From Histomonas meleagridis 2922-C6/04-290x (lineage: Eukaryota; Protista; Parabasalia), in NCBI GenBank assembly GCA_020184695.1, contig JAANOX010000165.1, positions 1 to 13,491 of the forward strand: a stretch of 13,491 nt of DNA. Direction: 5' to 3'. Every line of letters starts with the position of its first letter. Positions within the stretch are counted from its first letter, which is position 1. Of the stretch, positions 1 to 7,370 are shown piece after piece. The position numbers and the translations under genes are program-made. The notes below the pieces were generated by a model that saw nothing but the letters and a program-made list of their open reading frames with translations, did no database searches and was not told the origin of the DNA.

Positions 1-21
1 GCGGAGCGAGCACACTCGGGG

Positions 22-90
22 GATTGGAGGGGTCTGAGGCCTCCGGAGGGGTCCGAAGGGCACCTCCGGAGGCCTCAGACCCCTCCAATC
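22..90. repeat. Perfect 28-bp GC-rich inverted repeat (hairpin) with a 13-nt loop that can close further to a C-GAA-G triloop
   Basis: 22-49 GATTGGAGGGGTCTGAGGCCTCCGGAGG is the exact reverse complement of 63-90 CCTCCGGAGGCCTCAGACCCCTCCAATC; loop 50-62 GGTCCGAAGGGCA; arms contain the internal palindromes GAGGCCTC and CCTCCGGAGG. Confidence 0.97.
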
Positions 91-107
91 TACCAGTGAA
101 AACTTAA

Positions 108-157
108 GGTCGGGAATGATCCCGAGGACCCTAGGGGCCCCGGGATCATTTTCGACC
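108..157. repeat. Imperfect 50-nt palindrome centred on CCCTAGGG
   Basis: GGTCG(108-112)/CGACC(153-157), AATGATCCCG(115-124)/CGGGATCATT(141-150), GG/CC, and the loopless centre CCCTAGGG (129-136); four mismatched or wobble pairs. Confidence 0.93.
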
Positions 158-726
158 GCATTATATACCTACCGTTTTTTGTGGAAAATGAATATATTGT
201 CACTTTTTACCAATGGAAAAAAAAAGAAGCAGATCTAAAAAACAAAAGCAGATCAAAATAAATTACATTGCAACAAATACATTCAACAAGTTTATCAGTC
301 AATAATATAATATTAATATTATACGAAATATTCAAGTTAATCAAAATATTCAAACAAGATCAAATATTGAAACAAGTCCAATAAAGCAAACTCATGTAAA
401 AAACATACCAAATATATACCCATATCTTAATGAAATTGTTAAAAATGTATATAGAAGTTCAAAAGTAACAAGATGGACTGCAGGTATACATATATAATGT
501 TCGATGGTTTATTTTTATTTCCCATCGTCCTATTCAATTTTCGAAGAGCAAATGCCCCTTCCAGCAATTTCAACACTCATTAAAGAACTAAGTTCTGAAA
601 TTTTGAATCAGGGAAATTAATGGGAAAAAACAAAATAATAATAATAATATAATATGCAGCACAAAAGACATTACGTTGAATTCATCTTCTCAAGAAATGG
701 ATCAATCTGGAAGATAATATTGTGCT

Positions 727-864
727 TGGACAAAAAAAGAAGAAAAAAAACTCAAAGATTTAAACAGCGACTTTGGTGGTGATCTCAATTGATAAATGGA
801 ATATTTACCTGATCGCTCTTCAGAGTCAATAAATAAGAAAATAACAAGAATGAACGTTAAGTAA
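727..864 (+). pseudogene. Myb/SANT-like repeat remnant
   Basis: Manual translation: WTKKEEKKLKDLNSDFGGDLN**MEYLPDRSSESINKKITRMNVK*, matching the WT.EED..L.....fG.....I...lP.Rs pattern; TGA-TAA at 790-795 and another in-frame TAA just upstream of the first W. Confidence 0.5.
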
Positions 865-919
865 AATTCTTAACTTTACTTGCCATCATATTGTGAGAAT
901 AATTCGTCGGCACCATTAT

Positions 920-1062
920 ACTGTACATTTAAAACAAAAAAATTATAGAAAACGATACGAGATAACGATTGCACTATTTACTGATTCGAAATAGTTGAGA
1001 GCGTCTCCTTCTTCATATGTGGTTATAACGTTCTCCGGAACTTTTCAATATTGATAATAATT
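920..1062 (-). pseudogene. Relic of the 3' end and downstream spacer of a Polinton pPolB gene (second, diverged copy)
   Basis: Reverse complement of 920-1046 aligns to 11181-11308 of this window at roughly 85% identity by manual alignment (..IINIEKFRRTL/TTYEEGDALNYF vs ..TITNVEKFPRTLKTTYEKGDVNNYF), with a 1-nt gap. Confidence 0.9.
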
Positions 1063-1902
1063 AATGCATAAAAATTTTCGTTCAAAGAACGTTAATCTCA
1101 TACAAATTTCACTACTATACACTATTATTAAACGAAGATTTTTACAAAATAATGGAAAATCGTAAATCCAGGGCAAAAAAGTGCCAACCGACAAACACTC
1201 TCAATCATCTCAGAAAAAAATCGAATGCGTTTGTGGGTCATTGAATTTTTTTTAGCAGTGGCAAAATATCAGAAAGCGCGTGATTTTGTCAAAATATACG
1301 TGGCGCCAAAAGTTCATTTGAGCCAAAGCCTCAATGCATCTTCCTGAAAGTTGTTCAACCAAAGATTGATCTTGTGTTTCCTTTCAAGGGGGCCAATATG
1401 AAGAAGATCACTACTCCATTTTGCCATTTGGACTAATCATGGTTATGACATTTTCGAATATTGAATTTAGGTCCACCAACATTTCATCCGACCACAATCA
1501 TTGATTTCGAAGCACAAGTGTTAAATGGTTTGTTTCATTCTATGTCCTAATATTCTTTCTCGCTGATAATTGATCAGTAATCAAACTCAAACAACACATT
1601 TTTCTAAAACACAATAATAACAACAATGACCTTAAGATCAGCGAAAACTCTCATTTTTTTGTTTTGTCATACTAATAATTGTTGATATCTATTTTTTTAA
1701 TTATTCCATTTTTTCCACTTAAGTTCACTGGTTAAACATATTTTATAAAGGTCTGCGTTTCAATGAAGTATCGATCACATTTGTTGATTTCCTACTTTTG
1801 GTTTTACATTTGTTACGGGTTAGGTCCTAACAACATTAGTCTAATTGGAAAACAACATAACCGTCCGGACAAAACCGTTAATTTATAAATTTGCAGATAG
1901 AA

Positions 1903-3671
1903 ATGGAAATAAAAGAAAGCACCCCCATTGAATTCATTGATTATATTAAAGGGAGAATTGGGATGAGTGCTTTTGATGATTTCAAGATCGATATCAAAGA
2001 CCAAATGGCGATCTATCGATGTCCATATTCAATTGTTGAGTCCAAAAAAAGAGACATTACATCATATGTTTGTTATAAGTGCAGGTTCAAGGATTGCCCA
2101 AGCCACTTCAGTGTGAAGTTCAGAGATTCAATCCTATGTATTTGTTCGGGTGAATGGATTCACAATCACTGCATAAATAAGAGATACGTTGAAAGTTTTT
2201 TTTGCCTTCTTACTTCAAAACAAAAAGAAGAAATTAATGATTTGGGTTCTAAAGGTGCTTCGCCATATTTTATTAGAAAAAATTTGAATTTATCAATTTC
2301 TTCAAATCAACTATACAACTATTCAAGAATGGAGTAAGAAGTATATTGTGACATTTCAAAAAAAAAATGATGGTTTCCATGTTTATCTTTAATTAATAGC
2401 TCCATTATATCCAAACCCTATGCACAAGATATTCGTGTGATGGACGATACTATGTGTACTAATAAGTACAGGTATCCAATAATTTTATGTTATTGCTACG
2501 ACGAGAATGACAAAGCTCAAATGATTGCTTTAGGTATTTTATTGGGGAAAACATTCAATGATTTTGTTGATTTGTTTATTATTCTTTCCAAATATATTAA
2601 TTTTAGAATATTTATATGTGATCGACTGGAATCTCAAAGAAAAGCAATTAAATATGTTTTTAAAACTTCAAAGATTGTATTTTGTAGAGTTCATATATTG
2701 AGAAATGTATCAGATCATTGTGGTGTTAATTCAGTTATATATCGAACGCTAATAAAATTATTTCATGGAGAAATGAAAGCATCAGATTTCGTTTCACTGA
2801 TTAATAATGAAATCCAAAAAAATACGAAAGAAAAATTTCATTTGCAGTTATTATTGAAACATCTTAAGTATTATGATTCGGAGATATTAGCTCATTATAG
2901 ACTAAGAAATCATTATACTTCGAATTTAGCAGAAGGAAATTTTTCTACAAATAAAAATTGGATAGATCATAAAATTGTTACATTAAAAGATATCATTGAT
3001 GCATTTTTATTACATGCAGAAATGCTTATTAAAAAAATATTGCAACAATAAGGATTTAAATCAATTTAGATTTATATCACGGTAAGCAACTTGGTAATTT
3101 ATGTTTCAATATTCTAAATACTGAATACGAAAAAATGAATAATATTATAAAAGTATATGTACAGATTTCTCCATTATTAAATAGTATTAATTCTGAAGAT
3201 TGTAATTGTAAAGTTAAAACAGAATTTGGTTTACCTTGTTGCCACATATTGTTTAATAGGTATAAAGCTGGTCTATTTCCTTTGGTCAAAGAAGAAGATA
3301 TTCCAGACATTTATTTTACACAGCATTTTGATGAAACAGAAGAAACAGAAATTCAAACCGTGCAAGTAAATAATAATTATAATATGTATAAGTATACAAA
3401 TCTTATGGATATGGTATCTCCAATAGCAGCAGATCAAATAGAAATCCAGAAATACATAAATTATTTGACAATCTTTTCATAGGATTTAACAATTTAAAAA
3501 CATGTTCCACAGGATCGCCTGAATTTATTGCACAGAGAGGTCGACCAATCACAAAACAATCTTCATTTATTGATCACCAAAAAAAAATGCGGTGCACATA
3601 AAACAAAAAGAACATATCGATGCCATAAATGTGGGAAAGAAGGATATAACTCAGCAACATGTAAACTATAA
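1903..3671 (+). pseudogene. Mutator-like (MULE) DDE transposase, disrupted by stops and frameshifts
   Basis: N-terminal FAR1/WRKY-like C-x4-C...H-x-H (CRFKDC...HNH); MULE core DDTMCTNKYRYP (first D), FICDR (second D), CRVHILRN (CxxH) and TSNLAEGNF (E); SWIM finger CNCKVKTEFGLPCCHI; RGRP in a shifted frame; C-terminal knuckle CHKCGKEGYNSATC (3621-3662, His to Tyr). In-frame stops at 2335, 2368, 3049 and 3480, plus frameshifts. Confidence 0.92.
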
Positions 3672-3720
3672 TAAGAGAATTAGACTCATATAAAGCAGTG
3701 GGAAATAAAAATAAAAAGAA

Positions 3721-3903
3721 AAGAATGATGAAAGATAAACAAAAAGAATGCTGAAAGATAAACAAAAATAATAACAAAAGTAATAAGAAAAGAATGATAA
3801 AAGATAAACGCGAAGAATAATAAAATATAAACTCAAAGAATGATGAAAGTAAATAAAAAAGAATGCTGAAAGATAAACGCAAAAATTAACGAAAGATAAA
3901 CGC
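3721..3903. repeat. 23-bp period minisatellite, about 7 degenerate units (consensus AAGAATGATGAAAGATAAAC + AAA/GC)
   Basis: Units start at 3721, 3744, (3767), 3790, 3813, 3836 and 3859; partial unit at 3891-3903. Confidence 0.9.
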
Positions 3904-4107
3904 AAAAAATAGAAGGGGCGACAAAGCCGTTTAAAAAACCGCCAAAATATATTTTTTGAATATTGGCCTAAATAAAGAACATGCCATCATTCAAAATACA
4001 ATATTTTGTAAAATATTGTTTTGTATTATATATATTGGGATATTATCCCATATCAACATACAGATATTAAGTAAGAAAACTATTTTTATTAAATATTTTT
4101 CGTTTAC

Positions 4108-4156
4108 AACATTCAATATTAAATGATTTACGCGTTACATTTTAATATTGAATGTT
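4108..4156. repeat. AT-rich palindrome, 16-bp perfect arms around an ACGCGT centre
   Basis: AACATTCAATATTAAA (4108-4123) / TTTAATATTGAATGTT (4141-4156); centre 4130-4135 ACGCGT. Confidence 0.9.
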
Positions 4157-4483
4157 ACAACATTCTAAAAGTTGGAAAAATAAAGAAAATCGATAATATC
4201 TAAAAAACGGCCAGACAAAATTTCTCGATATCATATATCCATTGTCTATATGATTCATTAACTCAAATATTTTGAAATTATCAAAATTTTATCGTAACGT
4301 TTTTCAATATTATTAATTGAGTATATCTGGTCGGATGGTGAAGCCGTTTAAAATTATAAAGAGATACAAGAAGAAAAATTTACTAAGTTAATTGGGATAA
4401 TTTAACATTTTATCTAATGGTAGAATATTTAGTCGGAGATAAAAGTCTTGAATTTCCTAATGATACCATAATACATAATTCTA

Positions 4484-4532
4484 TGACAATGTTTAATAAT
4501 TTTTGGACAACCGTAAAACCCCATTCAAAATG
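4484..4532. repeat. Left arm of the 49-bp inverted repeat flanking the tyrosine recombinase
   Basis: TGACAATGTTTAATAATTTTTGGACAACCGTAAAACCCCATTCAAAATG matches the reverse complement of 5522-5570 at 48/49 positions. Confidence 0.96.
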
Positions 4533-4587
4533 TTGGACTAAAATAAAACATTTTTTTAAATGATTTTTTATTAAATTAAGCTGGATA

Positions 4588-5498
4588 TTATTGTTCCAGC
4601 ACTCTTCGTTCCATTTTGGTGTATTCCATAAATATCGTGGATCGCCATCTTCCATGGCGTTGAATTACATTATCTTGGATACCCAGTTTTGCGGCAGCAT
4701 TCGCTCCGCCTTTTCTTAGGAATTGGGGAAAATATTCATTGTGTTCTTTAATTCCAATTTTTATCATAATACTTTTTGATTTTCCTCGAGAATGTTTTAT
4801 TAAAAAATTTAATAACCTTTTCATTTTAATCGAATTGTTTGAGCGAAAAAAAAAGTTGAACCCAATTAAACGAATTATGCGGTTGCTTGATAGGGTCACC
4901 CTTTATTATTATGAAACACATAGTACCACATGACAATGAATCATTTTTTGATCGTTTAATATTCAGATAAATTCCATCTTCTTCAATTTTAATGTCATTA
5001 AACTCAAGATTTGATAATTCAGAAAATTTTAGAAAACCAAAAAATGAAAGAGAAATTGCAGTAAAAAATTCTACATCTGAATATAAATTCTGATTCATAA
5101 TTTTATAAATTTTAATCATATTTTCTTTTGTAATTGTTTTTTTTTTGCTTTTTTAAGAAAAACTCCAAGTTTTCTTTGAATTAATTTAATGTAATTTCGG
5201 AATTCAAGTGATTTCGTATCATCATTTTGTTTTTGTGAATTGTAGTAATAAGAATAACTAGAAATAAATAATTTAAATGTGCTATATTGTATCGGTGATT
5301 GACAAACATTTAATTTAAAGTGTAAAAATCCTCTAATTTTTGCTTCTGTTAGAGGAAATGGTGGAGGAGCTCCTCGTATTTCTTTCATTGTTCTTTCATA
5401 ACTATTTAAATATGATTTATATGTGCTAACAGATGAAGAGAATTAATAGCGAATGCTTCCGACTCTTTTGTTGCCTCAACGAAGTCTTCAAAGTTCAT
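4588..5498 (-). pseudogene. Tyrosine recombinase of DIRS/Crypton type, about 300 codons, frameshifted and catalytically degenerate
   Basis: Reconstructed from ATG 5498: MNFEDFVE..NSL/SSVSTYKSYLNSYERTMKEIRGAPPPFPLTEAKIRGFL (core-binding domain), FFGFLKFSEL (R box, R to K), IKRSKND (catalytic K), YFPQFLRKGGANAAAKLG (HxxR box, H to Q) and IQRHGRWRSTIFMEY (GxW and catalytic Y). Several frameshifts, two of them at A-runs. Confidence 0.9.
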
Positions 5499-5500
5499 TT

Positions 5501-5520
5501 TGTGACCGGCCACGGTCACA
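5501..5520. repeat. 8-bp perfect inverted repeat TGTGACCG-GCCA-CGGTCACA just upstream of the recombinase start
   Basis: Read directly from the sequence. Confidence 0.9.
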
Positions 5521-5521
5521 T

Positions 5522-5570
5522 CATTTTGAATGGGGTTTTACGGTTGTGCAAAAATTATTAAACATTGTCA
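5522..5570. repeat. Right arm of the 49-bp inverted repeat flanking the tyrosine recombinase
   Basis: See 4484-4532; lies about 24 nt upstream of the reconstructed recombinase ATG. Confidence 0.96.
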
Positions 5571-5591
5571 CAAAATGGAAGTTATTGTCAA

Positions 5592-5614
5592 CAACCGTCG
5601 CGAAGCGACGGTTG
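5592..5614. repeat. 10-bp perfect GC-rich hairpin with a GAA triloop (GCGAAGC core)
   Basis: CAACCGTCGC-GAA-GCGACGGTTG. Confidence 0.95.
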
Positions 5615-5900
5615 ACCAAAAACTTCTAATTTTTATGTCTCAATGACCGTTAATTTGGTTGCCTGTTCAAAGTGCAAAATTTTAACCTTAGTTATAACGT
5701 ACAAAATGAACATTAAAAATTCTCATCGTGCATTGAAATATACAAACAACATTTTTGCAAAACGTTACGATGGAATCCCAAAAATATCGAATTTTCGTGC
5801 ATTAATCGATATACAGAGAGTTTATTTTTGGAATTACTAAGAATTTTGTTCATAGGAAATTATTTGTTTATTTGTTTTTATTTTGTTCATAGAGAGTTGA

Positions 5901-6173
5901 TCGAATTCTTCAAACAAAAAAAATATAAAAGTATCAATATCAATAACTGATAACAAAAAGCCACCACTTACTAATAATATTCATTATTTAGAGATTCATT
6001 TAATTCAATTAGAAAGTAATTTCGGAAGATGGTATCAAGCATTTCTGTATGAATCAAAGAACGATGAAGTTAATAATATACTTATATCACATAAAATACC
6101 TGATAATCATGAATTCAAATCAGTATTTGATATGAATTCTATCGATCCCAATAGATTTAAAGCTCTAGTTTGA
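5901..6173 (+). pseudogene. Open frame of about 90 codons with no upstream ATG; probable 3' part of a frameshifted gene of unknown function
   Basis: Stop-free from 5901 to TGA 6171-6173 (..KVSISITDNKKPPLTNNIHYLEIHLIQLESNFGRWYQAFLYESK..FKALV*); an A-run at 5916-5923 could join it to RELIEFFKQK upstream. Confidence 0.35.
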
Positions 6174-6185
6174 ATAAAAAACAAT

Positions 6186-6197
6186 AATCACTTCATT
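6186..6197 (+). promoter_or_regulatory. Double initiator-like motif AATCACTTCATT
   Basis: Identical 12-mer 6-7 nt upstream of ATG 6204 and of ATG 13224 (minus); contains TCACT and TCATT, matching the trichomonad Inr TCAY(T/A). Confidence 0.55.
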
Positions 6198-6203
6198 TTT
6201 TTA

Positions 6204-6422
6204 ATGTCTGAGGATGAATTTCTTTTTACATTTGATTTCTATGATGATTATTTCAATAATTTTAACACTTCACCTGTTGACAATGCTCAAAGCAATACGA
6301 AAAAGACAATTTATGTTACTAATGTTTTTTCTTCATTATGGTCAGTAGAAAAAATTGTTAAAGAATTAAATAAACAAATAAATAATGTTTATTTTATTTA
6401 TTTTCTTTTTCATAAGGTATAA
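6204..6422 (+). CDS. Hypothetical 72-aa protein (possibly a truncated element gene)
   Basis: ORF track; preceded by the double-initiator motif AATCACTTCATT (6186-6197); tail overlaps the convergent ORF 6394-6600. Confidence 0.5.
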   Translation: MSEDEFLFTFDFYDDYFNNFNTSPVDNAQSNTKKTIYVTNVFSSLWSVEKIVKELNKQINNVYFIYFLFHKV

Positions 6423-6600
6423 CATATATTTCACTATTTTGTCTTAAAGCTGAAAATGGTATTGGTTTCTCAAATATAATTGCATTCGTAAATGATACCC
6501 TTCTCTGTTTTACTATATCTTTTAAATTTGTAATTTCAGGAATATCTAACCTATTTTTGTTATAATAGGTTTCTATAACCTCAGGTTTATAATTAGACAT
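6394..6600 (-). CDS. Hypothetical 68-aa protein
   Basis: ORF track; TCATT initiator about 10 nt upstream of the ATG; A/T-ending codon usage like the neighbouring structural genes. Confidence 0.6.
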   Translation of the reverse strand: MSNYKPEVIETYYNKNRLDIPEITNLKDIVKQRRVSFTNAIIFEKPIPFSALRQNSEIYVIPYEKENK

Positions 6601-6635
6601 AAATAAAAATGATTTAAATTTTATTAAATTACAAT

Positions 6636-6722
6636 GAATTTTTGAAACTAAACTATGACAAATGGGACGCAGGCGTCTTTTATGGACGCCTGGGATTTGG
6701 CATAGTATAGTTTCAAAAATTC
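6636..6722. other. 87-nt intergenic stem-loop
   Basis: GAATTTTTGAAACTA/TAGTTTCAAAAATTC (15 bp) continuing to a 28-bp basal stem with 2 mismatches, an internal loop, then CAGGCGTC/GACGCCTG (8 bp) and a short T-rich loop. Confidence 0.93.
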
Positions 6723-6747
6723 AAAACAATATATAAATAATATTTTA

Positions 6748-7017
6748 TTATTTCTTTTGTCCAACTAGCGCATTTGCTACACCATCTATAACAGGTGAGA
6801 ATTTATCTGCTATTTTAATTCCTTTTGCAATAGCACCTGCATGTCCAGGTAAATTTTCTATTCCAGGTATTTTACCTACTGTATTTACAACAGGTTTAGC
6901 TACTTTATTCCATACATTACCAATAAATCTTCCAACTGGTTTAATAATTTTATCTCTGAAGTAAGCACCTGCTTTTTTAAATTCATTTTTAATTTTGTTC
7001 CAAAAACCCCAAGCCAT
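6748..7017 (-). CDS. 89-aa basic amphipathic protein; candidate membrane-lytic virion protein (adenovirus pVI-like)
   Basis: Likely start MAWGFWNKIKNEFKKAGAYFRDKII at 7017 (the ORF track extends it to 7092 through low-complexity sequence); i/i+3/i+4 hydrophobic periodicity with Lys on the other face. Function is inferred. Confidence 0.65.
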   Translation of the reverse strand: MAWGFWNKIKNEFKKAGAYFRDKIIKPVGRFIGNVWNKVAKPVVNTVGKIPGIENLPGHAGAIAKGIKIADKFSPVIDGVANALVGQKK

Positions 7018-7051
7018 AAATAATAATAAAAATAAAATATTAATTCTTTTT

Positions 7052-7270
7052 TTATTGATAAAATATAGGATGGATCTTGTCATTTGCTTCATTACCTATA
7101 TTTTTACTTATATTTTTAAACAATGGGATTATTTTATCACCGGTTTCTAATATTTTATCCACAGGTAACTTTTTAATAGGTGTAATTTTTTTAATGTCTT
7201 TTTTACGTTGTTTCGCGAATTCATCACCTTTCACAATATGAGGACTAATTTTTGTAGATCCTTCTTTCAT
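7052..7270 (-). CDS. 72-aa Lys-rich protein, possible virion core/DNA-condensing protein
   Basis: ORF track; KQRKKDIKKITPIKK; AAAAAAA-ATG context; divergent from the capsid candidate. Function is not supported beyond composition. Confidence 0.55.
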   Translation of the reverse strand: MKEGSTKISPHIVKGDEFAKQRKKDIKKITPIKKLPVDKILETGDKIIPLFKNISKNIGNEANDKIHPIFYQ

Positions 7271-7370
7271 TTTTTTAAGTTAAGGTCCTATTTTCTTTAT
7301 TCCGTTTTTTGATTTATTCCACAAACCCCACTTAATTAAATATTATGGAAAATATTTTTCATTTTCATCA

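Larger units (their letters stand above)
92..1732. mobile_element. Possible degenerate non-autonomous TIR element
   Basis: ACCAGTGAAAACTTAAG (92-108) vs the reverse complement of 1718-1732, ACCAGTGAACTTAAG; similarity resumes as GTGGAAAATGAATA (181-194) vs GTGGAAAAAATGGAATA if 108-180 is treated as an insert. No clean target-site duplication. Confidence 0.3.

Noticed and set aside
22-165. Helitron 3' end
   Set aside because: No CTRR terminus at the expected distance after either hairpin (CTAG lies inside a stem), and no Rep/helicase remnant.
1813-3310. Minus-strand ORFs 1813-2004 and 3077-3310
   Set aside because: Antisense shadows of the MULE transposase, with no motifs.
3721-3903. CRISPR-like array
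   Set aside because: Contiguous degenerate tandem units with no unique spacers, no cas genes, and a eukaryotic context.
3574-3905. Two Phe/Leu/Ile-rich minus-strand ORFs that look like membrane proteins
   Set aside because: They are the reverse complement of the A-rich 23-bp minisatellite and the MULE tail, a low-complexity artefact.
4410-4933. ORFs 4410-4655 (-) and 4739-4933 (+)
   Set aside because: Alternative-frame and antisense shadows of the recombinase; the first runs through the inverted repeat.
5643-5840. 65-aa ORF MTVNLVACSKC...
   Set aside because: Short, no family motif beyond a lone CxxC; chance ORFs of this size are expected.
6204-6422. Minor capsid (penton) assignment, from KTIYVTNVFSSLWSVEKIVKELNKQI
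   Set aside because: The resemblance is too vague and the ORF too short to support without a profile search; left as hypothetical.
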